Assembly (NCBI RefSeq): GCF_000150275.1 | Contig: NW_002060953.1 | Coordinates: forward strand, 462,647-479,668 | Length of the DNA: 17,022 nt | Direction of reading: 5' to 3' | DNA from: Trichoplax adhaerens | Taxonomy: Eukaryota; Animalia; Placozoa | Program-made: the position numbers and the translations under genes | Part shown: piece by piece, positions 10,013 through 17,022 of the stretch | Position numbering within the stretch: the first letter of the stretch is position 1 | How the letters are laid out: each line of letters opens with the position of its first letter | Notes under the pieces: model-generated | What the model was told of the DNA's origin: nothing | The model's database searches: none | Seen by the model: the letters and a program-made list of their open reading frames with translations, nothing else

Positions 10013-10413
10013 TTATTATTAATAATTCAATGCATTACTAGTTTATTTATGACCAATGATTTAAATAATAGCCTCCTAATACATTCAGTATGATTTTATG
10101 AATTAATCAATAAATCAACACGTATTTATTATACATGCATATCATTGGATTATTCAGATTCTTTGCTCCGAAGAAATTATTTTCCGATAGAGAAATAATA
10201 TCAAGGCTACTGCATGCGCGAAATATCTTGTTAAAATTACTTTATAATTGTTTGCATGTTATTTTATGCTGCTTAAAATGCGATATCAGGAGATTAGTGT
10301 TGATAGAATTTCTGCATTAGACGCTTCCCTTGTAATCGTCTCTGTCCAAGATAGACTCTAAAAGGCGATACTTATTTTTGACCTGATTCGTCGTTCTTTT
10401 GTATCGGTTTCTA

Positions 10414-11472
10414 TTAAATATCGTCAGACTTTCGTAGAAGGAAAATTTTTTGCAGTGAACTAACTTGGATAATTATTGTATTGCCTTCATTGTCGTATTT
10501 ACTACAACAATGACTACAGCGGCACCATTTTGGTAAAGCGCTTCGTAATGTGCTATTAAATATTAAATATATGATCGGATTTTGTATACAGCAAAGGACT
10601 GAAATCGCTAAGCCAACTGTAATCAACGTGGATAAAACGGGATGAACATTTTGACGTAATTCTGTTGTTGTCATTTTTTTAGCAGCAGCAGCTACCATAA
10701 TAATGGGTATTGGGAAAGAAGTTATCATATAGACTACAGTAGCAACAACAATCATTTTAATAGTAGATATTGTACGTCTACGATTCACTTGGAAATTATC
10801 TCTACTGAAAGGAGTAGAAGAATCAAAATGGCTATTAACTACGGTTACCTTTAGACGTAAGATAATATTTCTATAAGCTATGATCATAACTACTGCAGGA
10901 AGACAAAAATTCAATATTAGATAAGTAACAAAATAGGGTAGATTATAATTATCGCCATAATAGTAAACGTCACAAGTGCCATTAGCAGTAACTTGTAGTA
11001 AATGGAGTTGAGGACTATTGATTGCAGCAGCATAAATCCAGATGAGTACTATAACAACTCTAACTCGTGTGTTTCCTTTTACTGATGGCTTATAGATTTG
11101 ATTATCAAGCATAATATAGTAACGATCGATTGCTAAGGCTGCTAAGCACAGAATAGAAACTGTAAAGCTCATACTTGATATAGATTTTGTACATTTACAA
11201 ACAATATGGTGTACTATAGTAACTTGGCCAGGTTGAACATTTAAAACAAATGCACTGATGATAAAACCGACTAGGGCAGTCATATCAGATATACTGATAC
11301 TGAAAATGAAGGCATAGATAGAAGAGCTTAGTAATTTCTTCTTTATAATAGCATAACAGATAAAAAGATTGAGAACGATGCCGATAAAAGACATAACTGC
11401 CGTAGGATAGATCTGGCCTCGAAGATTTCGATTAGGGATTACAGTACAATTAAGGTAAGTATCATTTAACAT
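10414..11472 (-). CDS. Class A (rhodopsin-like) 7TM GPCR, copy 2, paralog of 1262-2362; 352 aa from the first ATG, true start uncertain (frame open to 11571)
   Basis: Same motifs as copy 1 (ISISD, AIDRYY, LIWIY, TSFP, QNPIIY). About 73 differences over about 353 aligned residues by hand count. The ORF-track start at 11571 is GTG. The codon matching the copy 1 ATG is ATA, so the first ATG is at 11472. Confidence 0.92.
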   Translation of the reverse strand: MLNDTYLNCTVIPNRNLRGQIYPTAVMSFIGIVLNLFICYAIIKKKLLSSSIYAFIFSISISDMTALVGFIISAFVLNVQPGQVTIVHHIVCKCTKSISSMSFTVSILCLAALAIDRYYIMLDNQIYKPSVKGNTRVRVVIVLIWIYAAAINSPQLHLLQVTANGTCDVYYYGDNYNLPYFVTYLILNFCLPAVVMIIAYRNIILRLKVTVVNSHFDSSTPFSRDNFQVNRRRTISTIKMIVVATVVYMITSFPIPIIMVAAAAKKMTTTELRQNVHPVLSTLITVGLAISVLCCIQNPIIYLIFNSTLRSALPKWCRCSHCCSKYDNEGNTIIIQVSSLQKIFLLRKSDDI

Positions 11473-13508
11473 CTCACTACTATTGACCAATTCCAAATTA
11501 GAAGTAAAATTTAAGGCTGCTATAATTCTTAAAAGAGGCGAACGACCACTATAAATTCGTATTTCAATCACTAAAAGTATTTATAAATTATAGTACAATC
11601 AATACCAGAAAAATAAAGTAGTCGGTAACTCAATATGTAGTATTCAATTAATGTAATTATTCAATGTCTTAGCAAATTGTATTTTAGTTTAGATCATGTA
11701 CGATAACATGCTTATAGATAGCAATAGATGTTAACGGCAACGCTATTTAATTAATGCTGGTAAAATATAAAAATTTAACTACTTTTAATATAGTTATTCA
11801 AGGATATCACCGGACTTTTATACTAATTTATCAGCATAGGCAGTTTACCGTAATTTGGATATTTCCAATAGTATCGCAATGTGATCTTTGATCTATAGAT
11901 CTAAGCTAATAAGGATTCAATCGATGCTGGTTTAGACTTCAGATCCAATGAATAATATGCGTAATGTTTCTAGACGTTAGGTTAGATCAAGTTAATCTAA
12001 ACTTCTATTCTAAATTACAATCCTCTATCGTCAATATAAAATAGACAAGAGCTGAGATAGTTTAAATGTCGTAGATGCGATGAAGTCTCTTCATGTAGTT
12101 TATTAAGAATCCAATCGAATTGAAGAAATTCCCTAACTGTAAGCTGTCTTAGAATACGATATAATAAATTCTGTTCTAGAGAATTATATTATCATCTTGT
12201 TATATTATACACGTAGAAGATAGTTTTCCTTGTTGATCGGTGCGATGAAATACTGCTAAAGTGTTTCTTTGCGGCTAATCAAATGATGCCAAGTCAATTA
12301 ATAAATTACTCTATTACTACCGTGAAAAATATTGAATTCTCTATCTTCAAATTTTCTTAATGAATGAAAGTAGTGAAATAGTCCTTATCCAAACATAGTT
12401 CAATGAAGAGTCATATGCTTCAAATATTTGTCATTTAATTGATGTCACGTCTACATAAGCAATTATTTATTTCTTATTGATTATATAAACAACAATAATA
12501 ACATCCAACTGACAAAAGGCGTTAATCTTCATATTAAAGTCATTTTGACCTCTAACAAAATATCGATTAATAAGTAAGAGTTATTGTTACCGATTGCGAC
12601 CATCATTCAGGCTGACTCAAGTCTAGTCGAAAAATTAGCATTATAATAATTCGTAAGCAGACTTCTTGACCTCTTTCAAGTTACAAATAACCTTCGATAA
12701 AAGGGAAATAATCTGACATTTGATCTATATTCGGGAATAGACCAAAGATCCTATTGATTGAATACGATTGTTCAGCTGTAATCTCTTGTAAATCTATTTA
12801 AATGCATTAAATAAACTATGGCTATTATATTAAGCTCCTTTATATCCTTGTTTAAAATTTACTACACTAACTTTCATAACTAACTATCGAAGACTATTAT
12901 TGAAATATTGCTCTCGTAATAATAAGTTGCTTTGAGTAGATCAGCTGTACAAGCGTAAATTTCGTTTTGATCGAATAAAATAACGATGGTTATTGAATTT
13001 GACTTCGTTATTGTTCTAGAAGGAATTAGATGTAGTTGATGGAATATCTTAGGAATAGCTACAGTCATATTACATGATGCATTTGAGATGCTCATATAAA
13101 AGTACATCCAGATGCGATCTTGATCTCAAATTCAGTAATATTTACTCTATAGAAGTACTATGTTGCACGCCTTATTTTATGACGATTTTCTATCTTATTA
13201 AACAAATATTTCCGAACTGGGAGGATAAGTGCTATGTAAGCGCTACTGATAGCAATTATATTTATTAGATTTATCATGTGGCGGAGTGAATAGAGGATGG
13301 ATTTGTGATACCATCTCTAGAAGCTATAAATTTATTTGAAAAAAGCTGTTTAGTAAATGTTAGTAATAGCAGTAGTTTCTAATCTGAAAAGCGACACAAG
13401 TAAATTTTTACGATAAAGTAAAAACTATATTTTAAATATGCTATGAAATTCTATTTTTGTAATATAAGATCTGCTTAGTATTGAGTTAAGTATTTGAATG
13501 CTAAGGAG

Positions 13509-13532
13509 ATTATTATTATTATTATTATTATT
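13509..13532. repeat. (ATT)8 microsatellite; shorter paralog (TTA)5 at 5199-5213
   Basis: Read directly from the sequence; both tracts are followed by AACATTTCAACATTT. Confidence 0.85.
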
Positions 13533-13876
13533 AACATTTCAACATTTCCCTGTGTTATTTCTAAAATATCACTTTATTAAGGTATATAATATTGATATTA
13601 TCACGCTTTACTAGTGATTGCAGTTATACTTTAGACTCGATAGTATAAGATTCTTTACGTTCTATGCCATAATTTGCTGTTGTAAAGTCGGTCATAAATT
13701 TTTATAGCTTATAGATGATAAACTATAGCTAATAATGATTAAAAAGTTACAAGAATATTCTTATACTTAATATATATTTACAATGATCATTTTGAGTCTA
13801 GTATCTATATAGCTGTACGAAATTTGTAACGAGGAAAAAGTTAAAATATCGTAGAAACTACACACTATGAGTCTAC

Positions 13877-14530
13877 TGTCAGGTTTGCCCTCCCTGACAT
13901 TAACCTACTTTACAACTCTAAATACTGACGATCTCCTATCGTCAGGAGGAACAGCAGCACAATAACAGTATAATGTAACTTAGTATTGTAATTGTAGACT
14001 GTTAGCCATGTTTAGTATAATGTACGGTAGATATTTATCCTAAGAGATATTTGGTAGCTATAACTATAGACTGTAGTGGTAGAGACTCTATGCTAGAGTA
14101 CAGATGACCATGTACACTAAAGTGTTGAGTTACTAATAAGGTTATAGGTAAAAATAGAACTGTAAATCATATACTAGAATATGGTTGATTCATTGTACTT
14201 TGGCTGGTGTGAATAATGTCTACGTAAGTGCTGTAGTCGTATCCATATTGGATTAATGATGGTCCGCAGTAGAATAGCCTTTCTAAGAATAATTTAACTA
14301 TGTGTAATATAAGGTAAAAGGTTGCCATGCGGATTGTAGCTGCGAATGCTACGAAAAGTATAAAAGCATGCAACCTTAGATTATTCAGTTAATTTGTTGT
14401 AGAAGTCTTTAGAAGTAGTATTCGGCTAGAGTAGAGCTGTGTAGTTAATCTTTGTATAAGATTCAACAAAGCCCTTATTTCTCTAAAATTTGGAATCTCG
14501 TGATTGGTATATATCACAACCAGTCTCTCA
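13877..14530 (-). mobile_element. E4: truncated relative of E2/E7, interrupted by E5
   Basis: Starts TGTCAGG-tttgccctc-CCTGACA. It continues TTAACC...ACTCTAAATACTGACGATCTCCTATCGTCAGGAGGAACAG, matching 16024-16078. Similarity resumes at ACCAGTCTCTC (14519-14529). The other end and TSD were not found. Confidence 0.65.
13969..14518. mobile_element. E5: ~550 bp insertion nested in E4, possibly a degenerate solo LTR
   Basis: Separates two segments that are contiguous in E2/E7. Either TATAAT...ATCACA ends with an imperfect TSD AACAG/ACCAG, or boundaries 13963-14514 with CACAA repeats. TATAAAAG at 14359-14366. Confidence 0.45.
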
Positions 14531-14582
14531 GTTGCCAAGATTGGAAAGTAATTATAGAATTTTAAGTTAAAGACAAGGGTCG

Positions 14583-14903
14583 TGTTACTGAGCTTGATGC
14601 TCCTTGCGTATAACTAGTAGTAATTTACGATAGTAGAATAGCTGCAATGATATACTGTCGTGTGATTAAAAATATTGTTAGAGATTGTCGTGTTGTAGAC
14701 GACAATCCTCAACTGTTAATTGATTATTATTATTAACGGGCCAGTAATAAATATATTTATTAACCTAAACCTATCGTTTGACTGGATTACAATAGTATAG
14801 GAATAAGTTGGTTTTCTCTTACTGAGGATCTCGGGAGTTAGTCGGAGAATCATAAGAGTAGATAGACTAGTTTAGGTACGATCACGAAAGTTGTTTTGTG
14901 ACA
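14583..14903 (+). mobile_element. E6: 321 bp solo-LTR-like element
   Basis: TGTTAC...GTGACA ends. Perfect 5 bp TSD GGTCG (14578-14582 and 14904-14908). Paralogous flanks are uninterrupted (AAGGTTCGAC at ~7831 and ~15862). Terminal hairpin TCACGAAA-gttg-TTTTGTGA (14882-14901). Internal 9 bp stem GATTGTCGT/ACGACAATC (14683-14707). Confidence 0.85.
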
Positions 14904-15318
14904 GGTCGACATTCTTTAACCTTATTTATTCGGCTTGCAAGCTCCTATAAGTTATCATCTTCTATTACCATAGCTCTTTATTTATGAAGGTGTTACGATT
15001 GTAATGATACAATTAAAATCTTATTTTTAATTTTTCTGTTTTTAAAGAAAATTAGTCCTAATTAATTTTATGTAATACTTTACTGTACACCAAATAATTA
15101 GTTGTGGAGAATTATTAAGGATAAAGAATTTAAATCTTGATTGTAAACAATATTAGTTCATTAAAGGAATTTGCTAGAAACAGCAAAATTGTTAAACACT
15201 AGTAAAAAGATTGCGCCTACAATGACAATTGCATCAATGCTCTATGGTTGATATAAATCGTTAATATAGAAAGAATTAATATGTTGTATATCAGAATATC
15301 AGAATGTTAAGCAATCGT

Positions 15319-17022
15319 TAACCTTATTACTGAAACAACCTAAACATCCTATTCTAAAATTTTATTCAACATACTTTTATATTTATTTTAAAACTTATGA
15401 AAAATAGAATCGGGTAAACTCCTCGTTCAATCAAGTGACAATAATTCAAGCCAAATGTCGCAAATAGCATATCTATTAGATTTAGTAAATTTCTCTGAAT
15501 TACTTAACATGGATTAAGATCTTTAGTAGACAAATGATAAATTTCACTTTGCTTTCGCATGTCGCAGAGGTAATTCATATAGAACTATTCTTGTATAGTT
15601 TGTCTGTTATCAAAATTTACACAGCAACAGTGTACTTCTATTATTAACTTATAAGTATGCAATATAGAGAAGTATACGATCATGTGTCGTACTTTCATTT
15701 CAATCCAATTACTAAACATTTAATTGTTAAGTGAAATCGTCCTGAATTTTCATAATTTCGGATAGAATACTCATATAAAAGTGGATCTCAACAACAGCGA
15801 GTACGGTTTAGGCATAACTTACTAAGGTTGGAAATTAATTATAGAATTTCCAGTTATAGATAAGGTTCGACAGTTTTTAATCTTACTTAATCCATTTACA
15901 AACTCCTAGAAGTCATCATCTTCTATTAACTCTTCATTTATGCAGGTATTAATTTATAGTCAAGTCCAAATCTTTCAAATTGTCTAGAATCTATGCAGTT
16001 GTCACAAATCGAAATTTGTGATATTAACCTACATAACGACTCTAAATACTGACGATCTTCTATCGTCAGGAGGAACAGTAGCATTACCAGTCTCTCTTAG
16101 ACATGACTGAACCCAGGCTGTATTGAAAAGTCGATCAGTTTATAATCAATCGATATAACCAGTAATTATTGGTTTATAGATAATATTGTAAAACTACGTA
16201 GTTATCTATTAAAAATATGTAAACATCATAGTTAACCGTATGTAAATACATTCCTAGATAAAATATCTTTGGAAGCTATATTTCGACAGCTATGTGCAAG
16301 TTACTCCGTAACAGCAGTGTAGAAAGTAGGACTGCTAAAAGAAAGAAGACTAGCATAAACTATCATTTATTGCTTTATATATATGCGACCATTATGCTCG
16401 TACATCTTCATATTATAGGCTCATAGTTTTAAATTATTAAGGTGCTCAAATTGACATAGTTAGTAAAATCGTTTCCGATTAATATATCAGGAGAAAACAT
16501 GACCGATGGTAATACATGTGTGGATGTAAAGTTATTCTATCGAAGTAAGTCGTTAAAACTAAATTACAATCAGTAAAAGAGAAAGTATTCTCCTAAACAA
16601 ATACTATAGTTGATTTTTTTTTATTATTAATAATTCAGTGTATTTACCAGTTTATTTACGACCAATGATTTAAATAATAGTCTCCAAATACATTCAGTAT
16701 GATTTTATGAATTAATCAATAAATCAACACGTATTTCTATCCTTTTATGCATGCATATCATTGGATTATTCAGATTCTTTGCTCCGAAGAAATTATTTTC
16801 CGATAGAGAGACAATATCAAGGCTACTACATGCGCGAAATATCTTGTTAAAATTACTTTATAATTGTTTGTATGTTATTTTATACTGCTTAAAATGCGAT
16901 ATCAGGAGATTAGTGTTGATAGAATTTCTGCATTAGACGCTTTCCTTTTAATCGTCTCTGTCCAAGATAGACTCTAAAAGGCGATACTTATTTTTGACCT
17001 GATTCGTCGTTCTTTGTATCGT
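15319..17022. repeat. Tandem duplication unit 3 (recent duplicate of the unit 2 3' flank), truncated by the window end
   Basis: Near-identity with unit 2 starts at TAACCTTATTACTG (7251/15319) and runs to the last base, which corresponds to ~10407, a few bases short of the gene 2 stop codon. Confidence 0.92.
16000..16313 (-). mobile_element. E7: 314 bp solo-LTR-like element
   Basis: TGTCAC...GTAACA ends. Perfect 5 bp TSD GCAGT (15995-15999 and 16314-16318). Empty site at 506-510. Hairpins at 16000-16023 and 16049-16069. Minus-strand TATAAAC-N13-AATACA. Confidence 0.88.

Larger units (their letters stand above)
7251..13812. repeat. Tandem duplication unit 2
   Basis: Aligns to unit 1 with moderate divergence. 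Over 7251-8159 plus 9580-10407 it aligns almost identically to 15319-17022. Confidence 0.88.

Noticed and set aside
10135-10320. 61 aa + strand ORF repeated at 16751-16936
   Set aside because: Its conservation is explained by the very recent unit 2/3 duplication. The older paralog at ~982-1170 keeps an ATG but is frameshifted. It lies antisense to the probable GPCR 3' UTR and has no recognisable domain.
5873-14373. Remaining short ORFs (5873-6091, 6380-6568, 12880-13107, 13074-13268, 14167-14373)
   Set aside because: They are 60-75 aa, compositionally typical of AT-rich non-coding DNA and some use non-ATG starts. Where a paralogous region exists, no matching ORF appears in the track.
1-17022. 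CRISPR array, tRNA/rRNA or prokaryotic operon
   Set aside because: No regularly spaced repeats, no RNA gene signatures and low coding density. The content is eukaryotic.

Overview
AT-rich eukaryotic DNA, most consistent with an invertebrate animal; it looks placozoan/Trichoplax-like, but the taxon cannot be established from this window. The window is part of a head-to-tail tandem array of rhodopsin-type (class A) GPCR genes on the minus strand, each with an uninterrupted 7TM ORF. Gene 1 (1262-2362) and gene 2 (10414-11472, frame open to 11571) are about 79% identical by hand count. The window ends in the 3' flank of a probable third copy whose stop codon should lie just beyond base 17022. Comparing the duplicated flanks reveals a set of non-coding insertions with TG...CA ends and 4-5 bp target-site duplications, several confirmed by an empty site in a paralogous flank: <1-316, 3774-4361, 7969-9706, 13877-~14530, 14583-14903 and 16000-16313, plus nested inserts at 8160-9579 and ~13969-14518. 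Six of these are solo-LTR-like and share a 23-24 nt hairpin exactly at one terminus, with covarying stems. Four carry a TATA-N13/14-AATA(A/C)A module. Three independent insertions hit the same ~190 bp window downstream of the GPCR. All alignments and counts were done by eye.
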